From: Candidatus Nomurabacteria bacterium
GTDB taxonomy: Bacteria > Patescibacteriota > Saccharimonadia > Saccharimonadales > VXPC01
NCBI GenBank assembly: GCA_020631905.1
Contig: JACKGQ010000001.1
Coordinates: forward strand, 37,854-101,853
Length of the DNA: 64,000 nucleotides
Direction: 5' to 3'
The first letter of the stretch is position 1; every line of letters starts with the position of its first letter. The position numbers were made by a program, and so were the translations under genes. Below the pieces are notes generated by a model. That model was not told where the DNA came from. It did not search any database and saw only the letters and a program-made list of their open reading frames with translations. Positions 56,932-64,000 of this stretch are shown in pieces.

Positions 56932-57825
56932 TTAACTCCTAGCCAGCAACCTAAACGAACGCTTTGTTAGACCAATCTGGTGCTCGCCATCTAGATCGAG
57001 TAGGCTACCCGGCCGGCCAGCCTTGATTTTTACAACTAAAAGATCAATCTGTTTTTTTGTGTAATCGCTAACCTGGTTATTGCGTAAGATATGATGCAAC
57101 ACAGATGCAGCAAAGTCATGAGGAAGCTGGTTAAACCAGCTCCGACTATATACTCGATTGCCTCTTCGGTAGCTATGGTGGGTCACGTAATTATCGAGTA
57201 GGCTATCAATTTGCTGATTTAGTCCTTGAACACGGTTAATGTGGTGGAGTAGATGGTCGCGTTGGTCGGAACTCAATTTAGGTACGATGTTGTTGCGAAT
57301 ATAATTGCGCAAGTACTTGTTATCGGTATTACTTGAGTCATCACGCCATACCAACCCCTGGCTCTCGGCATATGACCTAAGTTCCTGCTTGGTAGTACTT
57401 AGTAATGGCCGAATAAGGTTGGAATGTGTCCGCAAGCTACTTAAGCCATGGCGTCCTGTACCACGAGACATGTTAATAATCGCTGTCTCAATCAGATCAT
57501 CTTGGTGATGGGCAGTGATGATCCCATCCGCGGAGTGCTTGGCTGCAGCTATCTTTAAAAAATTGTAGCGCATATCTCGAGCCAGCTCTTCGCTAACGTT
57601 AGGGCCAAGGCTTGCTTCACCCAGTTCGAAAGGCAGACCGTACTTTTTTGCTAGTTGGAGTACATGCTTTGCATCTTCGTTCGAATCAGGGCGAATGCCA
57701 TGATCAAAGTGAGCCACAACTAGCTCGACATCTGGCAGTAGCGTTAAGGCGTGTAGCAATGCTACTGAGTCGACACCACCAGATACCGCAACAACATACT
57801 TTCCAGGTTTTAACGCTTGAATCAC
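56932..57825 (-). CDS. tilS: tRNA(Ile)-lysidine synthetase TilS (short form)
   Basis: PP-loop VAVSGGVDSVALL, then AHHQDD. Confidence 0.9.
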   Translation of the reverse strand: MIQALKPGKYVVAVSGGVDSVALLHALTLLPDVELVVAHFDHGIRPDSNEDAKHVLQLAKKYGLPFELGEASLGPNVSEELARDMRYNFLKIAAAKHSADGIITAHHQDDLIETAIINMSRGTGRHGLSSLRTHSNLIRPLLSTTKQELRSYAESQGLVWRDDSSNTDNKYLRNYIRNNIVPKLSSDQRDHLLHHINRVQGLNQQIDSLLDNYVTHHSYRRGNRVYSRSWFNQLPHDFAASVLHHILRNNQVSDYTKKQIDLLVVKIKAGRPGSLLDLDGEHQIGLTKRSFRLLARS

Positions 57826-57883
57826 GCCAATATTATACCCCAGACTAAGCTATCGATTTGAGATATAGAAGCACAGAATTGTT

Positions 57884-57909
57884 GGAAATTTAATTTAAAT
57901 TAAATTTCC
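57884..57909. repeat. 26-bp AT-rich perfect palindrome, copy 2
   Basis: GGAAATTTAATTTAAATTAAATTTCC equals its own reverse complement. Lies 59 nt upstream of the tilS ATG. Confidence 0.9.
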
Positions 57910-57940
57910 AGTATGATGATTACTTTAAGATACATTCTTG

Positions 57941-57954
57941 CACCGAGGATCGAA
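57941..57954 (-). repeat. tRNA T-arm/3'-end fragment (14 nt identical to 58123..58136)
   Basis: accgaggatcgaac is shared with the intact CAU tRNA. The surrounding sequence does not fold into a cloverleaf by eye. Confidence 0.5.
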
Positions 57955-58077
57955 CGAACGCACGATGGTTGATTAGCCAATGGCTACTCCACCGTCTACT
58001 ATTTGTTGTGTAAATATGTAGATTTGACAAGATTCGTAGACCTCGCCTGAGGTCGCAAGGCCTGACTTGCACCCATA

Positions 58078-58115
58078 CCAAAGTAAAACCACCCAGAAGG
58101 GTGGCTTTACTTTGG
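58078..58115 (-). terminator. hairpin terminator immediately after the tRNA 3' end
   Basis: CCAAAGTAAAACCACCC-agaa-GGGTGGCTTTACTTTGG. The U-rich 3' arm on the minus strand overlaps the encoded CCA. Confidence 0.55.
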
Positions 58116-58189
58116 TAGCGGGACCGAGGATCGAACTCGGGACCTCAGGCTTATGAGTCCTGCGCTCTAACCATCTGAGCTATCCCGCC
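58113..58189 (-). tRNA. tRNA with CAU anticodon (Met or lysidine-modified Ile2), CCA encoded
   Basis: Reverse complement GGCGGGATAGCTCAGATGGTTAGAGCGCAGGACTCATAAGCCTGAGGTCCCGAGTTCGATCCTCGGTCCCGCTACCA. Anticodon loop CTCATAA. Met versus Ile2 cannot be decided by eye. Confidence 0.85.
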
Positions 58190-58363
58190 ACGTCGTCGTA
58201 AGCCGCGCCTTTGTCTCGTTTTGAATAATATTCAAAAGCTTCGACCCTAGACTTGCTTACTCCTTATTCCCACAAAACAGGTTTTGCGGGAGCCCTAACT
58301 CATGAACCACAAACCAAGGCGGAGGGGATTATATCAGAGGTGGAGGTAGATTAAAAGGTTTGC

Positions 58364-60022
58364 TTAATCGGTTCCGCCTGGAGCGCTAACCCTGATCTCG
58401 TTACTATACACATCGCATTGGCTGGTTGCCGAATCGTATCGGCATACCCGAAATGCATAGGACTGGCCATCCAGTAGGCATATTGTCGTAGTCGTGTCAT
58501 CAGTAACATAACGACTACCGTAAATTGGATCCGTACAGCCTTCGGCTACAGCTGGCACAAATTGTCGCTTCCGCTTGCTTCCCCACCAAGTGTAGCTATT
58601 CTTGACTCTCGAAGTATTGTTAAACACACTTTCAACTGGATAAGTTAGGTCGCCGTTACGATTCCATAGAACCTTCACTCCATCTGGAGCACTAAAGCCA
58701 GTCTTAAATTGCCAATTGAGCACCACGCCGGCTGTATCCTGAGCTACTGCACCAAGAGTAATCTCTGGGTCAGGGGAACTAGCCTTTTCGGCCTCGAACG
58801 TCACAGTCGCCACTAGCTTTGACCTATTGCCACTCTTGTCAACAACCGTAACTGTATAGACAACCTTACCTTCACGCGAGCTCATTTCGATACTGAATGC
58901 GCCCGCCTCATCGGCAGTAACCTCTTGAGTGTCATCGGAGTCGCTAACCACTTTTACGTTTAAGCCTGGTTCTGTTGTACCTTTTATCTCGACCGATGCT
59001 GTGGTCGAGCCTAACGGGATTTCAATTTTTGCGCCATCAACTGGAGAGGTTATGTTAAGATCTGGAGCTTCTATATCTGCCAGAAAACCTAGTAGTTCTC
59101 GAAAGCTATCACTATCTAAGTCTTGAGTGCGATTCCACATCAAGAATTCGTCTTTCTTTAAGGCTTGGAGATTTAGATCGCTCACAGTATCGCTGTTGGT
59201 CTGCTTAACAAATTTAAGTTTTTTACCCTCGGTCAACTCGTTGTTTGTGTTTGGCTCATCTACAGTACTTTGGTAAACCTCGATCGACTCCTCTGTTTTA
59301 TCGGCCGTAACCCTAAATGCTGTACCTTTGGCAATAGCCGATAATTTTGAGGTTGTAACCGAAAAAACTCGCACATCGGACGCAGTTACTCGCGCGTAGA
59401 CATCACCAGATTCGAGAAGCGAATCGATCTTATGTGAGTTTGTGGTACTTAACCTAACCTCGGTATTAGCGTTAAGTCTAAGTAATGAGCCATCATCGAA
59501 AACGACAACAGCCCGACTTGTTTCGTCTGAAGAAGTTCTCAGCCAATCTCCTTCTTCCATGACCACTGTTGTGTCGGCTACTTTCCATAAAGTACCTTCG
59601 TCGGTAGTGTAGTCAACTTTGCCTTCTACCAAAGTAATCTTTGCTTTTAGCGGTACGGCAATTGAGCTATCAATTTGCTCTGGCGCGACTTGTTGGTTGC
59701 CATGAATAAAAAACCAGTAATAGGCCGCTGCGCCAAACGCTAAGAATAAGGCCGCTAAAACAATAATGATTTTTTTGCGACGAGAGCTACCGTCATTTAC
59801 GGAGATCTTTAAATCGTCTGAAAGCTCAGCGCTAGCAGATGCTAGAGTTGCTTCGTCTGGTGCATCTGAGGTATTTTGGGCAACTTGTTTGCTGGGAAGA
59901 TTTTGGTCAGACACACCGGTAATTTCTTCTGTACTCACCGGTTGAGAAATTGAGCTCACGCTCGGTGAAGCCGTCGATTGCTTTTCGGGCGTTTTTGTTT
60001 GTTTGTCTAGATCGTCACCCAT
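58364..60022 (-). CDS. membrane-anchored FecR-domain protein with Ig-like and Cys-containing C-terminal domains
   Basis: Disordered N-terminus, TM helix IIIVLAALFLAFGAAAYYWFFI, FecR-like region (GDWLRTS...VVVFDDGSLLRLNANTEV...AKGTAFRV). Confidence 0.6.
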   Translation of the reverse strand: MGDDLDKQTKTPEKQSTASPSVSSISQPVSTEEITGVSDQNLPSKQVAQNTSDAPDEATLASASAELSDDLKISVNDGSSRRKKIIIVLAALFLAFGAAAYYWFFIHGNQQVAPEQIDSSIAVPLKAKITLVEGKVDYTTDEGTLWKVADTTVVMEEGDWLRTSSDETSRAVVVFDDGSLLRLNANTEVRLSTTNSHKIDSLLESGDVYARVTASDVRVFSVTTSKLSAIAKGTAFRVTADKTEESIEVYQSTVDEPNTNNELTEGKKLKFVKQTNSDTVSDLNLQALKKDEFLMWNRTQDLDSDSFRELLGFLADIEAPDLNITSPVDGAKIEIPLGSTTASVEIKGTTEPGLNVKVVSDSDDTQEVTADEAGAFSIEMSSREGKVVYTVTVVDKSGNRSKLVATVTFEAEKASSPDPEITLGAVAQDTAGVVLNWQFKTGFSAPDGVKVLWNRNGDLTYPVESVFNNTSRVKNSYTWWGSKRKRQFVPAVAEGCTDPIYGSRYVTDDTTTTICLLDGQSYAFRVCRYDSATSQCDVYSNEIRVSAPGGTD

Positions 60023-60059
60023 TTCTTACCCCTCAAAAGATACTGAGGTAAATTGTAGC

Positions 60060-60093
60060 ATAAATAAAGCCAGCTGAGTGAATTCCCAGCTGG
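60060..60093 (-). terminator. rho-independent terminator after the small-ORF unit
   Basis: Minus strand: CCAGCTG-ggaattcact-CAGCTGG followed by CTTTATTTA. Confidence 0.6.
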
Positions 60094-60136
60094 ACTTTGG
60101 TGGTTGACTGACCACTTAGAAACAACGGATGCGCTT

Positions 60137-60208
60137 TTAGTCGAGCAGACGATCGATCATGTAGATGACGATATTGCGAGACTTATGGCGTTCGTAGCTT
60201 AGACCCAT
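60137..60208 (-). CDS. very small ORF (23 aa), tentative
   Basis: MGLSYERHKSRNIVIYMIDRLLD. AAAGGAA lies 8 nt upstream. Sits between the 57-aa ORF and the terminator. Confidence 0.25.
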   Translation of the reverse strand: MGLSYERHKSRNIVIYMIDRLLD

Positions 60209-60250
60209 GTTGTATTCCTTTCAGCGGTAAGCCGATAGGCTATGAGCAAA

Positions 60251-60424
60251 CTAGCAGAACATGCACTGACCCGCGGCTTCTTTAGCCTTGGCGTCTTCTT
60301 CTTGCTGTTTCAAGAATGCTAATACATCGTCTGCCTGCGAAGCTTTTTTGCTACTAAGAGCAGTTGCGTTCTTAGGCGAAGCGTTTTTAGCCTTCTCGTT
60401 TTTAGTCTTTAAACTTAAAGCCAT
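60251..60424 (-). CDS. small basic protein (57 aa) ending in CMFC
   Basis: MALSLKTKNEKAKNASPKNATALSSKKASQADDVLAFLKQQEEDAKAKEAAGQCMFC. GAGGAG lies 10 nt upstream. Has its own promoter and terminator. Below the 60-aa cutoff of the ORF track. Confidence 0.55.
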   Translation of the reverse strand: MALSLKTKNEKAKNASPKNATALSSKKASQADDVLAFLKQQEEDAKAKEAAGQCMFC

Positions 60425-60481
60425 TTTTTATCGGCTCCTCGTATTTTATTTTGTAATATTTGTTTCTGCAGGAACACTATG

Positions 60482-60509
60482 TATTATACATGGTTTTGAT
60501 TATTTGTCA
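60482..60509 (-). promoter_or_regulatory. near-consensus promoter (TTGACA-16-TATAAT) for the small-ORF unit
   Basis: Minus strand: TTGACA (60509..60504), 16-nt spacer, TATAAT (60487..60482). The -35 box lies in the last codons of murB. Confidence 0.5.
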
Positions 60510-61573
60510 ATATGCTTATGTTTATTCTTAAACTTCCCTAGTAGTCTAACTTCTGGTTCTAATTTAAGCCCGAGTTTTGTTAAAACACTCGATTGAATAT
60601 TGAGCATAACATTATAGATATCTTGTGCAGTCGCCCCGCTTAAAGCCTCGATTTTGAGTAGATTCTGATCGTTAAGTTTTACTCTACCCCAGTTTTGCCC
60701 GCGTTTAAAGCCAGCCGCCAACAAGACATGGGCTGCTGAGACACGGTTGGCACTTCCGCCATGAACAGTATTCATTTTTTTAACGATGTTTGGGTTGGTT
60801 TCTGTTTCGTCGAAGTTAATGATAGCGTTCGCTAACTTTTCTGGAACAAGCGGGTTACGAAAGAAAGAACCAGCGGTTCGCGAGAATCGAGGATCGTGAG
60901 GATGCCATATCGATCCCGAACGCCTGCGAGTTTCGATAATAATCTGTCGACGATCCGTAAGACTATCGACAGACAGCTGGAGTTCTTCGGCGACTTCTAG
61001 TGCCTTCTGATATTCCAGAACATGTGTAACTTTTTTGCTGAGGTTTAAACAGACCCTGGTGATAATAAGGTGAGGTGAATTCTGGAAAATGGTTTGCTTA
61101 TAGCCTAGTTCTAGCTGATTCTGGTGAAAGACTACCCGTCGACTGCGCAATCTATCCCACGCCTCCACCCACTCTATTCGTTCACCGATCGTTTGGCCAT
61201 AAGCAGCAATGTTTATGAATGTCGCTCCAGCAATTGTGCCGGGTACTTCGCTTAACAGCTCAATCCCCCAGAGTTTGCGCTTTAAGGCCTGCTCGACCAA
61301 TGCATCCCATTCAACACCGGAATCAACGAGAACTTTATCTTGATCGAATACTATTCGGCCACCGCTTTGTAAGATAGTTAAGCCCGGCAATCCATAATCC
61401 GAAACAAGCACATTACTTCCGCCCCCGAGCAACCAGATAGTTTGGCGCCGTTTCGACTCTGATAAGATTTCAATTAATTCCTCTGAGTTACTAGCTATCA
61501 CCGCTCGCTCAGCTGGCCCACCCACGCCCAAAGAAGTATAGTCGGCTAAGGATAGGTTATCCACGATCTCCAT
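60500..61573 (-). CDS. murB: UDP-N-acetylenolpyruvoylglucosamine reductase MurB
   Basis: FAD-binding PCMH region (YTSLGVGGPA, LLGGGSNVLV), C-terminal MurB domain (SAGSFFRNP). Confidence 0.9.
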   Translation of the reverse strand: MEIVDNLSLADYTSLGVGGPAERAVIASNSEELIEILSESKRRQTIWLLGGGSNVLVSDYGLPGLTILQSGGRIVFDQDKVLVDSGVEWDALVEQALKRKLWGIELLSEVPGTIAGATFINIAAYGQTIGERIEWVEAWDRLRSRRVVFHQNQLELGYKQTIFQNSPHLIITRVCLNLSKKVTHVLEYQKALEVAEELQLSVDSLTDRRQIIIETRRRSGSIWHPHDPRFSRTAGSFFRNPLVPEKLANAIINFDETETNPNIVKKMNTVHGGSANRVSAAHVLLAAGFKRGQNWGRVKLNDQNLLKIEALSGATAQDIYNVMLNIQSSVLTKLGLKLEPEVRLLGKFKNKHKHIDK

Positions 61574-61588
61574 TTATTTAAGTATACG

Positions 61589-64000
61589 CTACTTCACAAC
61601 AGCGTGTGTCTCGGAGCCGATGCGATCAAAGACCGGATTGAGTGACTTCATGATTGCAAAAAGAACAGCCGAACCAGTTACCATAAAAAGCCAGTCGTGT
61701 CTGCTTAATGGGCCAACCTCGAAATATGAAGCCATTTTGGGAATATAAAGAACTGCGAACTGTAAAACAAAACTACTAGCAATCGCTACCGATAGCCATG
61801 GATTACTGAACCAACGGATATTGTAGTCTGTGCGAATATCAATCAAGCGCACCAACTCATACACCACCATGGCCGTAAAGCCAGCCGAGACTGCCGCCAA
61901 GATTGATTCGTGGTGCAGGTTATACCAAAACTGGAATAATAACGCTGTGGTCATCAGGCCACCAAATACGAAGATTTCCACCCAAGTGCGTCGATTTAGG
62001 ATAGGCTGTTGATAGTAAGTCGGTTTTTGCCGAAGTGAATCTTTTTGAGCCGGGTCAGACCCAAGTGCAACCGCTGGCAAACCATCCGTAACGATATTAA
62101 TAAACAGTAATTGGGCTGCTGTAAGGATTAGGTTGTCGAAGAATAATATTCCAAATGTCACCGCCAGAACTTCGGCGATGTTGCACGAAATTAAGAAGTT
62201 CACAAATTTACGGACATTATCAAAAATACCCCTACCTTCTTCGATAGCACTAATTATTGTTAGAAACTGGTCGTCTAGCAAAATAAGATCAGCCGCCTCT
62301 TTACTGGCATCTGTGCCGGCTATGCCCATGGCGATACCTATGTCGGCAGCTTTGATAGCCGGTGCATCGTTGACACCATCACCAGTCATAGCAACTTGAT
62401 GACCATGTTTCTTAAGTGCTTGGACAATTCTAATTTTATGCTCCGGATCGACTCGAGCGTAAACACTTACATCTTCTACAATAGCTTCGAACTCTGCCTG
62501 ACTAAGGCTGTCGAGCTCTGCACCAGAAATTGCCTTGCCGTGTAGACCAATCTCCTCGGCTATTGCTGTGGCAGTGTCGATATAGTCACCAGTTATCATA
62601 ATCACCCTTATGCCACTTTCTGTCTGGACTCGATGAATTACATCTATGACCTCGGAGCGAGGTGGGTCCATCATCGCTTGTAAACCTACAAAGGTCAGAT
62701 TTGACTCAATCTGAGTATTCGATGTCGGCTGATTTGCGTGATTATCACTGGCAAATGCTAGTACTCGGAGTGCTTGGCTCGATAGCCGATGGTTTTCGTC
62801 AAGTATCTGCTGACGAATGTTTGGATTCAATGGCTTTTGCTGACCGCTGCTAGTCAAATAGTGGCTGCACAGAGCAAGCACTTTCTCTGTTGCGCCTTTT
62901 GTAGCGATCGAATAGCCACCAGACGGATTCTTGGTTACGACTGACATCATTTTGCGCAGGCTTGTAAATGGTATCTCTGTTTCTCGCCCCCAAACAGATC
63001 GTATATCAGCATCCTGCATTCCGAGTTTGGCAGCTGAAACTAGCAGTGCGGCTTCGGTTGGGTCGCCTAAAATTTGATTATGTTGGAGCTGCGCGTTGTT
63101 ACACAAGACACCGATGCGCATAAGGGCAAAAATGGCCTCATTTGGCTTTACTTGTTTCTTGCCAATAGTTAATTTACCCGTGGTTTCGTAACCACTGCCT
63201 GTTAGGCTATACGTTTTACCGTCGATATGAATTGCTCTAACGGTCATCTCTCCCCGCGTCAGCGTACCAGTCTTGTCAGAACAGATGATATCGGTACTGC
63301 CTAATGCCTCAACTGCACTCAATTTTCGGACCAGAGCCTGTTTAGTAGCCATACGTCTTGCCCCGAGCGCTAAACTTATACGTACTACAAATGCCAGTCC
63401 TTCTGGTATAGCGGCTACCGCTAATGCAACTGCAGCCGTAAAAGCAAAGATGGATCGTTCGAGTAACGATTGGCCGGTTTGCGAATCGACAAACAAAAAG
63501 ATGATCGCAAACACCCCGGCGCAAATTAATAAAATGAATATACCAAGCTTCTTGCCCAGATCGTCTAGCTTGCGTTGCATTGGGGTAGCTTCTTCTTCGA
63601 CCTCATTCACCAATTTTGCGATCTTGCCGATTTCGGTGGCTTGACCTGTAGCTGTAACAATACCTTCGGCCCTGCCTTGCGTGATAAATGTACCTGCAAA
63701 TGCCATGCACTTTTGGTCGCCGAGTGGTTTATCGCCTTTTTGGGCGAGAGTATTTTTGCTTACAGGCACGCTCTCTCCGGTTAAGCTGGCTTCGTTTGCA
63801 TAAAGGTTACTGACCGAAATTAACCGTAAATCCGCTGGTACTTTCGAACCTTCATCCAAGACAACAACATCACCCGGTACAAGTTCGATAGCATCAATCT
63901 CGAAAATCTGACCAGCTCGCCGAACTTGAGCCTTAGAGCCAACTAGTTTTTTTAGGGCTTCGACGGTTTTCTCGGCACGATACTCATTTAGAAAACCAAT
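61589..64000 (-). CDS. P-type cation-transporting ATPase (type IIA-like, Ca2+/Mg2+ class), 5'-truncated by window edge
   Basis: Frame is open to base 64000 (IGFLNEYRAEKTVEALKKL...PGDVVVLDEG). Motifs TGES, IPEGL, CSDKTGTLT, TGDGVNDAPA. Confidence 0.93.
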   Translation of the reverse strand: MGFLNEYRAEKTVEALKKLVGSKAQVRRAGQIFEIDAIELVPGDVVVLDEGSKVPADLRLISVSNLYANEASLTGESVPVSKNTLAQKGDKPLGDQKCMAFAGTFITQGRAEGIVTATGQATEIGKIAKLVNEVEEEATPMQRKLDDLGKKLGIFILLICAGVFAIIFLFVDSQTGQSLLERSIFAFTAAVALAVAAIPEGLAFVVRISLALGARRMATKQALVRKLSAVEALGSTDIICSDKTGTLTRGEMTVRAIHIDGKTYSLTGSGYETTGKLTIGKKQVKPNEAIFALMRIGVLCNNAQLQHNQILGDPTEAALLVSAAKLGMQDADIRSVWGRETEIPFTSLRKMMSVVTKNPSGGYSIATKGATEKVLALCSHYLTSSGQQKPLNPNIRQQILDENHRLSSQALRVLAFASDNHANQPTSNTQIESNLTFVGLQAMMDPPRSEVIDVIHRVQTESGIRVIMITGDYIDTATAIAEEIGLHGKAISGAELDSLSQAEFEAIVEDVSVYARVDPEHKIRIVQALKKHGHQVAMTGDGVNDAPAIKAADIGIAMGIAGTDASKEAADLILLDDQFLTIISAIEEGRGIFDNVRKFVNFLISCNIAEVLAVTFGILFFDNLILTAAQLLFINIVTDGLPAVALGSDPAQKDSLRQKPTYYQQPILNRRTWVEIFVFGGLMTTALLFQFWYNLHHESILAAVSAGFTAMVVYELVRLIDIRTDYNIRWFSNPWLSVAIASSFVLQFAVLYIPKMASYFEVGPLSRHDWLFMVTGSAVLFAIMKSLNPVFDRIGSETHAVVK

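Noticed and set aside
57935-58010. Possible second tRNA gene on the minus strand next to the CAU tRNA
   Set aside because: Only the TTCGATCCTCGGT T-loop/3' stem portion matches. The 5' T-stem strand, acceptor stem and anticodon arm cannot be paired, so it is treated as a fragment rather than a gene.
60288-60596. 102-aa plus-strand ORF
   Set aside because: It is antisense to the 57-aa gene, which has its own Shine-Dalgarno, promoter and terminator, and to the murB 3' end. The translation is hydrophobic and low-complexity.
1-64000. Alternative genetic code (UGA recoding), as seen in some CPR lineages
   Set aside because: TGA serves as the stop in several ATGA-coupled gene pairs (for example 33917..33920 and 33015..33018). 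Conserved proteins also terminate at their expected lengths, so the standard code fits.
1-64000. CRISPR arrays, rRNA genes, transposases/integrases, and reverse-transcriptase or DGR-type elements
   Set aside because: No regularly spaced direct repeats, no rRNA-like conserved stretches, and no DDE, tyrosine/serine recombinase or RT motifs were seen in any frame. The only repeats are the palindrome pair, the hairpin pair, the tRNA fragments and the intragenic LTD duplication.

Overview
The window is gene-dense (roughly 90% coding, many 4-nt ATGA start/stop overlaps) and uses the standard genetic code. The gene content is a type IV pilus module without a secretin, ComEC, a lamin-tail-domain surface protein, VKOR, minimal housekeeping operons and many orphan ORFs. 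From this I infer a small-genome Patescibacteria/CPR bacterium, possibly Saccharibacteria-like; this is unverified. Recognisable housekeeping genes: ymdB-rny, tsaB-tsaE, recA...recX, pilB-pilC-pilin-pilM-pilN-pilO, ruvC/ruvA/ruvB, yebC, comEC, two tRNAs (Lys-UUU and a CAU-anticodon tRNA beside tilS), a split hrcA-grpE-dnaK / dnaJ heat-shock regulon with four CIRCE operators, a GuaB1-like IMPDH-family gene, bcp, lepA, murJ, ftsH, tilS, murB and a 5'-truncated P-type ATPase. The most unusual locus is about 31.6-38.7 kb. It holds three translationally coupled ATP-grasp ligases (one canonical RimK plus two divergent paralogs). Interleaved or flanking are two divergent gluzincin-type metallopeptidases resembling DUF1704/MATCAP carboxypeptidases (HELLVH and HELTH motifs plus an xEGxxV..EQL motif), a DUF192 gene and a divergently transcribed PP-loop-like protein with a C-terminal Cys cluster. 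I propose it as a candidate C-terminal peptide-tail ligation/trimming system or a ribosome-independent oligopeptide synthesis system. Other observations: two unknown genes inside the recA-recX operon; a 26-bp perfect AT-rich palindrome at two loci; a small-protein unit (57 aa ending CMFC, plus 23 aa) with a consensus promoter and a terminator; tRNA-fragment duplications; several promoters placed so close to ATG that the mRNAs would be leaderless; and a related pair of long hairpins. No CRISPR array, rRNA, transposase or integrase was seen. All functional calls come from reading motifs by eye. No database search was run.
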